Made by a program: the position numbers and the translations under genes. 64,000 nt of DNA from Octopus sinensis (taxonomy: Eukaryota): NCBI RefSeq assembly GCF_006345805.1, contig NC_043012.1, positions 15,500,001 through 15,564,000 of the forward strand, read 5' to 3'. The notes under the pieces are model-generated. The model had not been told where the DNA came from, did not search any database, and saw nothing but the letters and a program-made list of their open reading frames with translations. Numbering within the stretch: position 1 is the stretch's first letter; every line of letters begins with the position of its first letter. This document shows, in pieces, positions 1 through 15,900 of the stretch.

Positions 1-15
1 TGTTTTAGCCCGTAA

Positions 16-416
16 GGCACCGAGCTGACAGAAAAAGTTGTCACGCCGGGCGAAATGCTTCGCGGTTTTTCGTCTGTCTTTATATTCTGAGTTCAAATTC
101 CGCCGAGGTCGACTTTGCCTTTCATCCTTTCGAGGTCGATTAAATAAGTACCAGTTATGCACTGCGGTCGAAGTAATCGACTTAATCCGTTCGTCTCTCC
201 TTGTTTGTCCTCTCTGTGTGTAGCCCCTTGTGGGCAGTAAAGAAATAGGTATTTCGTCTGTCTTTACGTTATGTGTTCAAACTCCGCCGAGGTCATTTTG
301 CCTTTCATCCTTTCGGGGTCGATAAAATAAACACCAGGTGCGTACTGAGGTCGATCTAATTCACTTTCCTCCTCCCCCGAAATTTCGGGCCTTGTGCCTA
401 GAGAAGAAAAGAATAT
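16..416 (+). mobile_element. Dimeric tRNA-derived SINE with Nin/Deu-type central domain
   Basis: A-box-like GAGCTGACAGAAAAAGTTG, B box GAGTTCAAATTCC, central GGTCGACTTTGCCTTTCATCCTTTCGAGGTCGATTAAATAAGTACCAG. Second partial monomer restarts at 248. Degenerate target-site duplication (TSD) TGTTTTAGCCCGT (1-13) / TGTTTTACCACGT (417-429). Confidence 0.85.
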
Positions 417-910
417 TGTTTTACCACGTGTCTTCCGAATATAAATAAATAAACAAATAAAATAAATAAAACAAAAACGATGTTGTAGCGATTGTCTCAT
501 TCAACAAAGGCACCACACAATGGGTCAATTGGATGCGTATAAAAAATATTTGACGCAGGGAAAGTAGTACAACAACAACGAGACTGAAGAGATGAAAAAA
601 AACACAAACAATATCGAAAAGAACCATGTGCTGAGATTTTGGATTTCCGTTCCAAATTTTCATCGAAACTCGTTCAAAGGACCAATTTGCAGTGGTCCTA
701 CAAACCTACAATGTAGCAGTAATGCTGCTGATGTAACTAGCTGCGTGGTAGCGAGTCCGCCTATCATGTCACTGCTCTCCTCCCTCTTTTATTCATTTCG
801 CTTCAGTACCGCAGCTGTTCTAGTAAAAGAAATCTTTTAAAAAGCAGAGCTGAATTGATGTGGGAGTGTTGTGAAGTTTGCCTTGTAAGTGTTGTATAAT
901 AACGCGGTAT

Positions 911-3900
911 TGATGTAGTGCTGTATAGTAAGGGAGTGTGTGATTCAGCGTAGTGGAGTAAAGTAGTATGCTATAGTAATGCAGTACGTGATGAAGTATT
1001 GTGCTGTAATATAGTTTGTGATGTAGTGCTATATAGTAATGCAGTTTGTGATGTAGTATTGCATAGTAATGTAGTTTGTGATGTAGTATTGCATAGTAAT
1101 GCAGTTTGTGATGTAGTGCTGTATAGTAATGTAGTTTGTGATATAGTATTGCATAGTAATGTAGTTTGTGATGTAGTGCTGCATAGTAATGCAGTTTGTG
1201 ATGTAGTGCTGTACAGTAATGTAATTTGTGATGTAGTATTGCATAGTACTGCAGTTTGTGATGTAGTATTGCATAGTAATGTAGTTTGTGATGTAGTATT
1301 GCATAGTAATGTAGTTTGTGATGTAGTGCTGTATAGTAATGCAGTTTGTGATGTAGTATTGCATAGTAATGTAGTTTGTGATGTAGTATTGCATAGTAAT
1401 GCAGTTTGTGATGTAGTGCTGTATAGTAATGTAATTTGTGATGTAGTATTGCATAGTACTGCAGTTTGTGATGTAGTATTGCATAGTAATGTCGTTTGTA
1501 ATGTAGTATTGCATAGTAATGTAGTTTGTGATGTAGTGCTGTATAGTAATGTAATTTGTGATGTAGTATTGCATAGTACTGCAGTTTGTGATGTAGTATT
1601 GCATAGTAATGTAGTTTGTGATGTAGTATTGCATAGTAATGTAGTTTGTGATGTAGTGCTGTATAGTAATGCAGTTTGTGATGTAGTATTGCATAGTAAT
1701 GTAGTTTGTGATGTAGTATTGCATAGTAATGCAGTTTGTGATGTAGTGCTGTATAGTAATGTAATTTGTGATGTAGTATTGCATAGTACTGCAGTTTGTG
1801 ATGTAGTATTGCATAGTAATGTAGTTTGTGATGTAGTGCTGTATAGTAATGCAGTTTGTGATGTAGTATTGCATAGTAATGTAGTTTGTGATGTAGTATT
1901 GCATAGTAATGCAGTTTGTGATGTAGTGCTGTATAGTAATGTAATTTGTGATGTAGTATTGCATAGTACTGCAGTTTGTGATGTAGTATTGCATAGTAAT
2001 GTAGTTTGTGATGTAGTATTGCATAGTAATGTAGTTTGTGATGTAGTGCTGTATAGTAATGCAGTTTGTGATGTAGTATTGCATAGTAATGTAGTTTGTG
2101 ATGTAGAATTGCATAGTAATGCAGTTTGTGATGTAGTATTGCATAGTAATGTAGTTTGTGATGTAGTATTGCATAGTAATGTAGTTTGTGATGTAGTATT
2201 GCATAGTAATGTAGTTTGTGATGTAGTGCTGTATAGTAATGTAGTTTGTGATATAGTATTGCATAGTAATGTAGTTTGTGATATAGTATTGCATAGTAAT
2301 GCAGTTTGTGATGTAGTGCTGTATAGTAATGTAGTTTGTGATGTAGTATTGCATAGTAATGCAGTTTGTGATGTAGTATTGCATAGTAATGTAGTTTGTG
2401 TATGTAGTATTGCATAGTAATGTAGTTTGTGATGTAGTGCTGTAGAGTAATGCAGTTTGTGATGTAGTGCTACAAAGTAATGCAGTAAGTTTGTAATGTA
2501 GTATTGCATAGTAATGTGTTTGTGATGTAGTATTGCATAGTAATGTAGTTTGTGATGTAGTATTGCATAGTAATGTAGTTTGTGATGTAGTGCTGTATAG
2601 TAATGCAGTTTGTGATGTAGTAGTGCATATTGCATAGTATGTGTTGTGATGTAGTATGATAGTAATGCAGTTTGTGATGTAGTGCTGTATAGTAATGCAG
2701 TTTGTGATGTAGTATTGCATAGTAATGCAGTTTGTGATATAGTATTGCATAGTAGGTTGTAGTATTACATAGTAATAATTAGTTCGTGATGTAGTATTGC
2801 ATAGTAATGCAGTTTGTGATGTAGTGCTGTATAGTAATGCAGTTTGTGATGTAGTATTGCATAGTAATGCAGTTGTGATGTGTTGTATGTAGTATTGCAT
2901 AGTATGCAGTTTGTGATGTAGTATTGCATAGTAATGTAGTTGTGATGATGTAGTATTGCATAGTAATGCAGTTTGTGATGTAGTATTGCATAGTAATGTA
3001 GTTTATGATGTAGTGCTGTATAGTAATGCAGTTTGTGATGTAGTGCTACAAGTAATGCAGTTTGTGATGTAGTAGTATTGCATAGTAATGTAGTTTGTGA
3101 TGTAGTATTGCATAGTAATGTAGTTTGTGATGTAGTGCTGTATAGTAATGCAGTTGTGATGTAGTATTGCATAGTAATGTAGTTTGTGATGTAGTATTGC
3201 ATAGTAATGCAGTTTGTGATGTAGTGCTGTATAGTAATGTAATTTGTGATGTATGTAGTATTGCATAGTACTGCAGTTTGTGATGTAGTATTGCATAGTA
3301 ATGTAGTTTGTGATGTAGTGCTGTATAGTAATGCAGTTTGTGATGTAGTATTGCATAGTAATGTAGTTTGTGATGTAGTATTGCATAGTAATGCAGTTTG
3401 TGATGTAGTGCTGTATAGTAATGTAATTTGTGATGTAGTATTGCATAGTACTGCAGTTTGTGATGTAGTATTGCATAGTAATGTAGTTTGTGATGTAGTA
3501 TTGCATAGTAATGTAGTTTGTGATGTACTGCTGTATAGTAATGCAGTTTGTGATGTAGTATTGCATAGTAATGTAGTTTGTGATGTAGAATTGCATAGTA
3601 ATGCAGTTTGTGATGTAGTATTGCATAGTAATGTAGTTTGTGATGTAGTATTGCATAGTAATGTAGTTGTGATGCAGTATTGCATAGTAATGTAGTTGTG
3701 ATGTATGTAGTGCTGTATAGTAATGTAGTTTGTGATATAGTATTGCATAGTAATGTAGTTTGTGATATAGTATTGCATAGTAATGCAGTTTGTGATGTAG
3801 TGCTGTATAGTAATGTAGTTTGTGATGTAGTATTGCATAGTAATGCAGTTTGTGATGTAGTATTGCATAGTAATGTAGTTTGTAATGTAGTATTGCATAG

Positions 3901-6900
3901 TAATGTAGTTTGTGATGTAGTGCTGTATAGTAATGCAGTTTGTGATGTAGTGCTACAAAGTAATGCAGTTTGTAATGTAGTATTGCATAGTAATGTAGTT
4001 TGTGATGTAGTATTGCATAGTAATGTAGTTTGTGATGTAGTATTGCATAGTAATGTAGTTTGTGATGTAGTGCTGTATAGTAATGCAGTTTGTGATGTAG
4101 TATTGCATAGTAATGTAGTTTGTGATGTAGTATTGCATAGTAATGCAGTTTGTGATGTAGTGCTGTATAGTAATGCAGTTTGTGATGTAGTATTGCATAG
4201 TAATGCAGTTTGTGATATAGTATTGCATAGTAATGTAGTATTACATAGTAATATAGTTCGTGATGTAGTATTGCATAGTAATGCAGTTTGTGATGTAGTG
4301 CTGTATAGTAATGCAGTTTGTGATGTAGTATTGCATAGTAATGCAGTTTGTGATGTAGTATTGCATAGTAATGCAGTTTGTGATGTAGTATTGCATAGTA
4401 ATGTAGTTTGTGATGTAGTATTGCATAGTAATGCAGTTTGTGATGTAGTGCTGTATAGTAATGCAGTTTGTGATGTAGTATTGCATAGTAATGCAGTTTG
4501 TGATGTAGTATGCATAGTAATGCAGTTGTGATGTAGTATTGCATAGTAATGTAGTTTGTGATATAGTATTGCATAGTAATGTAGTTGTGATGTAGTATTA
4601 CATAGTAATGTAGTTCGTGATGTAGTATTGCATAGTAATGCAGTTTGTGATGTAGTGCTGTATAGTAATGCAGTTTGTGATGTAGTATTGCATAGTAATG
4701 CAGTTTGTGATGTAGTATTACATAGTAATGCAGTTTGTGATGTAGTATTGCATAGTAATGCAGTTTGTGATGTAGTATTGCATAGTAATGCAGTTTGTGA
4801 TGTAGTGCTGCATAGTAATGCAGTTTGTGATGTAGTGCTGCATAGTAATGCAGTTTGTGATGTAGTATTGCATAATAATGCAGTTTGTGATGTAGTATTG
4901 CATAGTAATGTAGTTTGTGATGTAGTATTGCATAGTAATGCAGTTTGTGATGTAGTGCTGTATAGTAATGTAGTTTGTGATGTAGTATTGCATAGTAATG
5001 CAGTTTGTGATGTAGTGCTGTATAGTAATGTAGTTTGTGATGTAGTGCTGTATAGTAATGCAGTTGTGATGTAGTGCTACAAAGTAATGCAGTTTGTGAT
5101 GTAGTATTACATAGTAATGTAGTTTGTGATGTAGTATTGCATAGTAATGCAGTTTGTGATGTAGTATTGCATAGTAATGTAGTTTGTGATGTAGTGCTGT
5201 ATAGTAATGCAGTTTGTGATGTAGTGCTACAAAGTAATGCAGTTTGTGATGTAGTATTACATAGTAATGTAGTTCGTGATGTAGTATTGCATAGTAATGC
5301 AGTTTGTGATGTAGTGCTGTATAGTAATGCAGTTTGTGATGTAGTATTGCATAGTAATGCAGTTTGTGATGTAGTATTACATAGTAATGTAGTTCGTAAT
5401 GTAGTATTGCATAGTAATGCAGTTTGTGATGTAGTGCTGCATAGTAACGTAGTTTGTGATGTAGTATTGCATAGTAATGCAGTTTGTGATGTAGTGCTCT
5501 ATAGTAATGCAGTTTGTGATGTAGTATTGCATAGTAATGCAGTTTGTGATGTAGTATTGCATAGTAATGCAGTTTGTGATGTAGTATTGCATAGTAATGC
5601 AGTTTGTGATGTAGTATTGCATAGTAATGCAGTTTGTGATGTAGTATTGCATAGTAAGGCAGTTTGTGATGTAGTGCTGCATAGTAATGCAGTTTGTGAT
5701 GTAGTGCTGCATAGTAATGCAGTTTGTGATGTAGTGCTGTATAGTAATGTAGTTTGTGATGTAGTATTGCATAGTAATGCAGTTTGTGATGTAGTATTGC
5801 ATAGTAATGTAGTTTGTGATGTAGTGCTGTATAGTAATGCAGTTTGTGATGTAGTATTGCATAGTAATGCAGTTTGTGATGTAGTATTGCATAGTAATGC
5901 AGTTTGAGATATAGTATTGCATAGTAATGTAGTTTGTGATGTAGTATTGCATAGTAATGTAGTTTGTGATGTAGTATTGCATAGTAATGCAGTTTGTGAT
6001 GTAGTATTGCATAGTAATGCAGTTTGTGATGTAGTGCTGTATAGTAATGCAGTTTGTGATGTAGTATTGCATAGTAATGCAGTTTGTGATATAGTATTGC
6101 ATAGTAATGTAGTTTGTGATGTAGTATTACATAGTAATGTAGTTCGTGATGTAGTATTGCATAGTAATGCAGTTTGTGATGTAGTGCTGTATAGTAATGC
6201 AGTTTGTGATGTAGTATTGCATAGTAATGCAGTTTGTGATGTAGTATTGCATAGTAATGCAGTTTGTGATGTAGTATTGCATAGTAATGTAGTTTGTGAT
6301 GTAGTATTGCATAGTAATGCAGTTTGTGATGTAGTGCTGTATAGTAATGCAGTTTGTGATGTAGTATTGCATAGTAATGCAGTTTGTGATGTAGTATTGC
6401 ATAGTAATGCAGTTTGTGATATAGTATTGCATAGTAATGTTGTTTGTGATGTAGTATTACATAGTAATGTAGTTCGTGATGTAGTATTGCATAGTAATGC
6501 AGTTTGTGATGTAGTGCTCTATAGTAATGCAGTTTGTGATGTAGTATTGCATAGTAATGCAGTTTGATGTGTAGTATTGCATAGTAATGCAGTTTGAGAT
6601 ATAGTATTGCATAGTAATGTAGTTTGTGATGTAGTATTGCATAGTAATGTAGTTTGTGATGTAGTATTGCATAGTAATGCAGTTTGTGATGTAGTATTGC
6701 ATAGTAATGCAGTTTGTGATGTAGTGCTGTATAGTAATGCAGTTTGTGATGTAGTATTGCATAGTAATGCAGTTTGTGATGTAGTATTGCATAGTAATGC
6801 AGTTTGTGATGTAGTATTGCATAGTAATGTAGTTTGTGATGTAGTATTGCATAGTAATGCAGTTTGTGATGTAGTTTCTGTATAGTAATGCAGTTTGTGA

Positions 6901-9900
6901 TGTAGTATTGCATAGTAATGCAGTTTGTGATGTAGTATTGCATAGTAATGCAGTTTGTGATATAGTATTGCATAGTAATGTAGTTTGTGATGTAGTATTA
7001 CATAGTAATGTAGTTCGTGATGTAGTATGCATAGTAATGCAGTTTGTGATGTAGTGCCTATAGTAATGCAGTTTGTGATGTAGTATTGCATAGTAATGCA
7101 GTTTGTGATGTAGTATTGCATAGTAATGTAGTTTGTGATGTAGTGCTGTATAGTAATGCAGTTCGTGATGTAGTATTGCATAGTAATGCAGTTTTTGTGA
7201 TGTAGTATTGTATAGTAATGCAGTCGTGATGTAGTATTGCATAGTAATGTAGTTTGTGATGTAGTATTGCATAGTAATGCAGTTTGTGATGTAGTGTGTA
7301 TAGTATGTAATTGTGATGTAGTATTGCATAGTACTGCAGTTTGTGATGTAGTATTGCATAGTAATGTAGTTTGTGATGTAGTGCTGTATAGTAATGCAGT
7401 TTGTGATGTAGTGTTGCATAGTAATGTAGTTTGTGATGTAGTATTGCATAGTAATGCAGTTTGTGATGTAGTGCTGTATAGTAATGTAATTTGTGATGTA
7501 GTATTGCATAGTAATGCAGTTTGTGATGTAGTGCTGTATAGTAATGCAGTTTGTGATGTAGTATTGCATAGTAATGCAGTTTGTGATGTAGTATTGCATA
7601 GTAATGCAGTTTGTGATGTAGTATTGCATAGTAATGTAGTTTGTGATGTAGTATTGCATAGTAATGCAGTTTGTGATGTAGTTTCTGTATAGTAATGCAG
7701 TTTGTGATGTAGTATTGCATAGTAATGCAGTTTGTGATGTATATTGCACATAGTAATGCAGTTTGTGATATAGTATTGCATAGTAATGTAGTTTGTGATG
7801 TAGTATTACATAGTAATGTAGTTCGTGATGTAGTATTGCATAGTAATGCAGTTTGTGATGTAGTGCTCTATAGTAATGCAGTTTGTGATGTAGTATTGCA
7901 TAGTAATGCAGTTTGTGATGTAGTATTGCATAGTAATGTAGTTTGTGATGTAGTGCTGTATAGTAATGCAGTTCGTGATGTAGTATTGCATAGTAATGCA
8001 GTTTGTGATGTAGTATTGTATAGTAATGCAGTCTGTGCTGTAGTATTGCATAGTAATGTAGTTTGTGATGTAGTATTGCATAGTAATGCAGTTTGTGATG
8101 TAGTGCTGTATAGTAATGTAATTTGTGATGTAGTATTGCATAGTACTGCAGTTTGTGATGTAGTATTGCATAGTAATGTAGTTTGTGATGTAGTGCTGTA
8201 TAGTAATGCAGTTTGTGATGTAGTGTTGCATAGTAATGTAGTTTGTGATGTAGTATTGCATAGTAATGCAGTTTGTGATGTAGTGCTGTATAGTAATGTA
8301 ATTTGTGATGTAGTATTGCATAGTACTGCAGTTTGTGATGTAGTATTGCATAGTAATGTAGTTTGTGATGTAGTATTGCATAGTAATGTAGTTTGTGATG
8401 TACTGCTGTATAGTAATGCAGTTTGTAATGTAGTATTGCATAGTAATGTAGTTTGTGATGTAGAATTGCATAGTAATGCAGTTTGTGATGTAGTATTGCA
8501 TAGTAATGTAGTTTGTGATGTAGTATTGCATAGTAATGTAGTCTGTGATGTAGTATTGCATAGTAATGTAGTTTGTGATGTAGTGCTGTATAGTAATGTA
8601 GTTTGTGATATAGTATTGCATAGTAATGTAGTTTGTGATATAGTATTGCATAGTAATGCAGTTTGTGATGTAGTGCTGTATAGTAATGTAGTTTGTGATG
8701 TAGTATTGCATAGTAATGTAGTTTGTAATGTAGTATTGCATAGTAATGTAGTTTGTGATGTAGTGCTGTATAGTAATGCAGTTTGTGATGTAGTGCTACA
8801 AAGTAATGCAGTTTGTAATGTAGTATTGCATAGTAATGTAGTTTGTGATGTAGTATTGCATAGTAATGTAGTTTGTGATGTAGTATTGCATAGTAATGTA
8901 GTTTGTGATGTAGTGCTGTATAGTAATGCAGTTTGTGATGTAGTATTGCATAGTAATGTAGTTTGTGATGTAGTATTGCATAGTAATGCAGTTTGTGATG
9001 TAGTTTCTGTATAGTAATGCAGTTTGTGATGTAGTATTGCATAGTAATGCAGTTTGTGATGTAGTATTGCATAGTAATGCAGTTTGTGATATAGTATTGC
9101 ATAGTAATGTAGTTTGTGATGTAGTATTACATAGTAATGTAGTTCGTGATGTAGTATTGCATAGTAATGCAGTTTGTGATGTAGTGCTCTATAGTAATGC
9201 AGTTTGTGATGTAGTATTGCATAGTAATGCAGTTTGTGATGTAGTATTGCATAGTAATGTAGTTTGTGATGTAGTATTGCATAGTAATGCAGTTTGTGAT
9301 GTAGTGCTGTATAGTAATGCAGTTTGTGATGTAGTATTGCATAGTAATGCAGTTTGTGATGTAGTATTGCATAGTAATGCAGTTTGTGATATAGTATTGC
9401 ATAGTAATGTAGTTTGTGATGTAGTATTACATAGTAATGTAGTTCGTGATGTAGTATTGCATAGTAATGCAGTTTGTGATGTAGTGCTGTATAGTAATGC
9501 AGTTTGTGATGTAGTATTGCATAGTAATGCAGTTTGTGATGTAGTATTACATAGTAATGCAGTTTGTGATGTAGTATTGCATAGTAATGCAGTTTGTGAT
9601 GTAGTATTGCATAGTAATGCAGTTTGTGATGTAGTGCTGCATAGTAATGCAGTTTGTGATGTAGTGCTGCATAGTAATGCAGTTTGTGATGTAGTATTGC
9701 ATAGTAATGCAGTTTGTGATGTAGTATTGCATAGTAATGTAGTTTGTGATGTAGTATTGCATAGTAATGCAGTTTGTGATGTAGTGCTGTATAGTAATGT
9801 AGTTTGTGATGTAGTATTGCATAGTAATGCAGTTTGTGATGTAGTATTGCATAGTAATGTAGTTTGTGATGTAGTGCTGTATAGTAATGCAGTTTGTGAT

Positions 9901-12900
9901 GTAGTGCTACAAAGTAATGCAGTTTGTGATGTAGTATTACATAGTAATGTAGTTCGTGATGTAGTATTGCATAGTAATGCAGTTTGTGATGTAGTGCTGT
10001 ATAGTAATGCAGTTTGTGATGTAGTATTGCATAGTAATGCAGTTTGTGATGTAGTATTACATAGTAATGTAGATCGTAATGTAGTATTGCATAGTAATGC
10101 AGTTTGTGATGTAGTGCTGCATAGTAACGTAGTTTGTGATGTAGTATTGCATAGTAATGCAGTTTGTGATGTAGTGCTCTATAGTAATGCAGTTTGTGAT
10201 GTAGTATTGCATAGTAATGCAGTTTGTGATGTAGTATTGCATAGTAATGCAGTTTGTGATGTAGTATTGCATAGTAATGCAGTTTGTGATGTAGTATTGC
10301 ATAGTAATGCAGTTTGTGATGTAGTATTGCATAGTAATGCAGTTTGTGATGTAGTGCTGCATAGTAATGCAGTTTGTGATGTAGTGCTGCATAGTAATGC
10401 AGTTTGTGATGTAGTATTGCATAGTAATGTAGTTTGTGATGTAGTATTGCATAGTAATGTAGTTTGTGATGTAGTATTGCATAGTAATGTAGTTTGTGAT
10501 GTAGTGCTGTATAGTAATGTAGTTTGTGATATAGTATTGCATAGTAATGTAGTTTGTGATATAGTATTGCATAGTAATGCAGTTTGTGATGTAGTGCTGT
10601 ATAGTAATGTAGTTTGTGATGTAGTATTGCATAGTAATGCAGTTTGTGATGTAGTATTGCATAGTAATGTAGTTTGTGATGTAGTATTGCATAGTAATGT
10701 AGTTTGTGATGTAGTGCTGTATAGTAATGCAGTTTGTGATGTAGTATTGCATAGTAATGCAGTTTGTGATGTAGTATTGCATAGTAATGTAGTTTGTGAT
10801 GTAGTGCTGTATAGTAATGCAGTTTGTGATGTAGTATTGCATAGTAATGCAGTTTGTGATGTAGTATTGCATAGTAATGCAGTTTGAGATATAGTATTGC
10901 ATAGTAATGTAGTTTGTGATGTAGTATTGCATAGTAATGTAGTTTGTGATGTATGTAGTATTGCATAGTAATGCAGTTTGTGATGTAGTATTGCATAGTA
11001 ATGCAGTTTGTGATGTAGTGCTGTATAGTAATGCAGTTTGTGATGTAGTATTGCATAGTAATGCAGTTTGTGATATAGTATTGCATAGTAATGTAGTTTG
11101 TGATGTAGTATTACATAGTAATGTAGTTCGTGATGTAGTATTGCATAGTAATGCAGTTTGTGATGTAGTGCTGTATAGTAATGCAGTTTGTGATGTAGTA
11201 TTGCATAGTAATGCAGTTTGTGATGTAGTATTGCATAGTAATGCAGTTTGTGATGTAGTATTGCATAGTAATGTAGTTTGTGATGTAGTATTGCATAGTA
11301 ATGCAGTTTGTGATGTAGTGCTGTATAGTAATGCAGTTTGTGATGTAGTATTGCATAGTAATGCAGTTTGTGATGTAGTATTGCATAGTAATGCAGTTTG
11401 TGATATAGTATTGCATAGTAATGTAGTTTGTGATGTAGTATTACATAGTAATGTCGTTCGTGATGTAGTATTGCATAGTAATGCAGTTTGTGATGTAGTG
11501 CTCTATAGTAATGCAGTTTGTGATGTAGTATTGCATAGTAATGCAGTTTGTGATGTAGTATTGCATAGTAATGCAGTTTGAGATATAGTATTGCATAGTA
11601 ATGTAGTTTGTGATGTAGTATTGCATAGTAATGTAGTTTGTGATGTAGTATTGCATAGTAATGCAGTTTGTGATGTAGTATTGCATAGTAATGCAGTTTG
11701 TGATGTAGTGCTGTATAGTAATGCAGTTTGTGATGTAGTATTGCATAGTAATGCAGTTTGTGATGTAGTATTGCATAGTAATGCAGTTTGTGATGTAGTA
11801 TTGCATAGTAATGTAGTTTGTGATGTAGTATTGCATAGTAATGCAGTTTGTGATGTAGTTTCTGTATAGTAATGCAGTTTGTGATGTAGTATTGCATAGT
11901 AATGCAGTTTGTGATGTAGTATTGCATAGTAATGCAGTTTGTGATATAGTATTGCATAGTAATGTAGTTTGTGATGTAGTATTACATAGTAATGTAGTTC
12001 GTGATGTAGTATTGCATAGTAATGCAGTTTGTGATGTAGTGCTCTATAGTAATGCAGTTTGTGATGTAGTATTGCATAGTAATGCAGTTTGTGATGTAGT
12101 ATTGCATAGTAATGTAGTTTGTGATGTAGTGCTGTATAGTAATGCAGTTCGTGATGTAGTATTGCATAGTAATGCAGTTTGTGATGTAGTATTGCATAGT
12201 AATGCAGTTTGTGATGTAGTATTGTATAGTAATGCAGTCTGTGCTGTAGTATTGCATAGTAATGTAGTTTGTGATGTAGTATTGCATAGTAATGCAGTTT
12301 GTGATGTAGTGCTGTATAGTAATGTAATTTGTGATGTAGTATTGCATAGTACTGCAGTTTGTGATGTAGTATTGCATAGTAATGTAGTTTGTGATGTAGT
12401 ATTGCATAGTAATGTAGTTTGTGATGTACTGCTGTATAGTAATGCAGTTTGTAATGTAGTATTGCATAGTAATGTAGTTTGTGATGTAGAATTGCATAGT
12501 AATGCAGTTTGTGATGTAGTATTGCATAGTAATGTAGTTTGTGATGTAGTATTGCATAGTAATGTAGTTTGTGATGTAGTGCTGTATAGTAATGTAGTTT
12601 GTGATATAGTATTGCATAGTAATGTAGTTTGTGATATAGTATTGCATAGTAATGCAGTTTGTGATGTAGTGCTGTATAGTAATGTAGTTTGTGATGTAGT
12701 ATTGCATAGTAATGTAGTTTGTAATGTAGTATTGCATAGTAATGTAGTTTGTGATGTAGTGCTGTATAGTAATGCAGTTTGTGATGTAGTGCTACAAAGT
12801 AATGCAGTTTGTAATGTAGTATTGCATAGTAATGTAGTTTGTGATGTAGTATTGCATAGTAATGTAGTTTGTGATGTAGTATTGCATTGTAATGTAGTTT

Positions 12901-15900
12901 GTGATGTAGTGCTGTATAGTAATGCAGTTTGTGATGTAGTATTGCATAGTAATGTAGTTTGTGATGTAGTATTGCGTAGTAATGCAGTTTGTGATGTAGT
13001 TTCTGTATAGTAATGCAGTTTGTGATGTAGTATTGCATAGTAATGCAGTTTGTGATGTAGTATTGCATAGTAATGCAGTTTGTGATATAGTATTGCATAG
13101 TAATGTAGTTTGTGATGTAGTATTACATAGTAATGTAGTTCGTGATGTAGTATTGCATAGTAATGCAGTTTGTGATGTAGTGCTCTATAGTAATGCAGTT
13201 TGTGATGTAGTATTGCATAGTAATGCAGTTTGTGATGTAGTATTGCATAGTAATGTAGTTTGTGATGTAGTATTGCATAGTAATGCAGTTTGTGATGTAG
13301 TGCTGTATAGTAATGCAGTTTGTGATGTAGTATTGCATAGTAATGCAGTTTGTGATGTAGTATTGCATAGTAATGCAGTTTGTGATATAGTATTGCATAG
13401 TAATGTAGTTTGTGATGTAGTATTACATAGTAATGTAGTTCGTGATGTAGTATTGCATAGTAATGCAGTTTGTGATGTAGTGCTGTATAGTAATGCAGTT
13501 TGTGATGTAGTATTGCATAGTAATGCAGTTTGTGATGTAGTGCTGTATAGTAATGCAGTTTGTGATGTAGTATTGCATAGTAATGCAGTTTGTGATGTAG
13601 TATTGCATAGTAATGCAGTTTGTGATGTAGTGCTGCATAGTAATGCAGTTTGTGATGTAGTGCTGCATAGTAATGCAGTTTGTGATGTAATATTGCATAG
13701 TAATGCAGTTTGTGATGTAGTATTGCATAGTAATGTAGTTTGTGATGTAGTATTGCATAGTAATGCAGTTTGTGATGTAGTGCTGTATAGTAATGTAGTT
13801 TGTGATGTAGTATTGCATAGTAATGCAGTTTGTGATGTAGTATTGCATAGTAATGTAGTTTGTGATGTAGTGCTGTATAGTAATGCAGTTTGTGATGTAG
13901 TGCTACAAAGTAATGCAGTTTGTGATGTAGTATTACATAGTAATGTAGTTCGTGATGTAGTATTGCATAGTAATGCAGTTTGTGATGTAGTGCTGTATAG
14001 TAATGCAGTTTGTGATGTAGTATTGCATAGTAATGCAGTTTGTGATGTAGTATTACATAGTAATGTAGATCGTAATGTAGTATTGCATAGTAATGCAGTT
14101 TGTGATGTAGTGCTGCATAGTAACGTAGTTTGTGATGTAGTATTGCATAGTAATGCAGTTTGTGATGTAGTGCTCTATAGTAATGCAGTTTGTGATGTAG
14201 TATTGCATAGTAATGCAGTTTGTGATGTAGTATTGCATAGTAATGCAGTTTGTGATGTAGTATTGCATAGTAATGCAGTTTGTGATGTAGTATTGCATAG
14301 TAATGCAGTTTGTGATGTAGTATTGCATAGTAATGCAGTTTGTGATGTAGTGCTGCATAGTAATGCAGTTTGTGATGTAGTGCTGCATAGTAATGCAGTT
14401 TGTGATGTAGTATTGCATAGTAATGCAGTTTGTGATGTAGTATTGCATAGTAATGTAGTTTGTGATGTAGTATTGCATAGTAATGTAGTTTGTGATGTAG
14501 TGCTGTATAGTAATGTAGTTTGTGATATAGTATTGCATAGTAATGTAGTTTGTGATATAGTATTGCATAGTAATGCAGTTTGTGATGTAGTGCTGTATAG
14601 TAATGTAGTTTGTGATGTAGTATTGCATAGTAATGCAGTTTGTGATGTAGTATTGCATAGTAATGTAGTTTGTGATGTAGTGCTGTATAGTAATGCAGTT
14701 TGTGATGTAGTGCTACAAAGTAATGCAGTTTGTGATGTAGTATTGCATAGTAATGTAGTTTGTGATGTAGTATTGCATAGTAATGTAGTTTGTGATGTAG
14801 TGCTGTATAGTAATGCAGTTTGTGATGTAGTATTGCATAGTAATGCAGTTTGTGATGTAGTATTGCATAGTAATGTAGTTTGTGATGTAGTGCTGTATAG
14901 TAATGCAGTTTGTGATGTAGTATTGCATAGTAATGCAGTTTGTGATGTAGTATTGCATAGTAATGCAGTTTGAGATATAGTATTGCATAGTAATGTAGTT
15001 TGTGATGTAGTATTGCATAGTAATGTAGTTTGTGATGTAGTATTGCATAGTAATGCAGTTTGTGATGTAGTATTGCATAGTAATGCAGTTTGTGATGTAG
15101 TGCTGTATAGTAATGCAGTTTGTGATGTAGTATTGCATAGTAATGCAGTTTGTGATATAGTATTGCATAGTAATGTAGTTTGTGATGTAGTATTACATAG
15201 TAATGTAGTTCGTGATGTAGTATTGCATAGTAATGCAGTTTGTGATGTAGTGCTGTATAGTAATGCAGTTTGTGATGTAGTATTGCATAGTAATGCAGTT
15301 TGTGATGTAGTATTGCATAGTAATGCAGTTTGTGATGTAGTATTGCATAGTAATGCAGTTTGTGATATAGTATTGCATAGTAATGTAGTTTGTGATGTAG
15401 TATTACATAGTAATGTAGTTCGTGATGTAGTATTGCATAGTAATGCAGTTTGTGATGTAGTGCTCTATAGTAATGCAGTTTGTGATGTAGTATTGCATAG
15501 TAATGCAGTTTGTCATGTAGTATTGCATAGTAATGCAGTTTGAGATATAGTATTGCATAGTAATGTAGTTTGTGATGTAGTATTGCATAGTAATGTAGTT
15601 TGTGATGTAATATTGCATAGTAATGCAGTTTGTGATGTAGTATTGCATAGTAATGCAGTTTGTGATGTAGTGCTGTATAGTAATGCAGTTTGTGATGTAG
15701 TATTGCATAGTAATGCAGTTTGTGATGTAGTATTGCATAGTAATGTAGTTTGTGATGTAGTATTGCATAGTAATGCAGTTTGTGATATAGTATTGCATAG
15801 TAATGTAGTTTGTGATGTAGTATTACATAGTAATGTAGTTCGTGATGTAGTATTGCATAGTAATGCAGTTTGTGATGTAGTGCTCTATAGTAATGCAGTT

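Noticed and set aside
2400-4630. Clusters of indels in the satellite (also ~7020-7320 and ~17120-17380) as programmed frameshifts
   Set aside because: The patchy 1-3-nt indel pattern is typical of low-coverage long-read consensus error.
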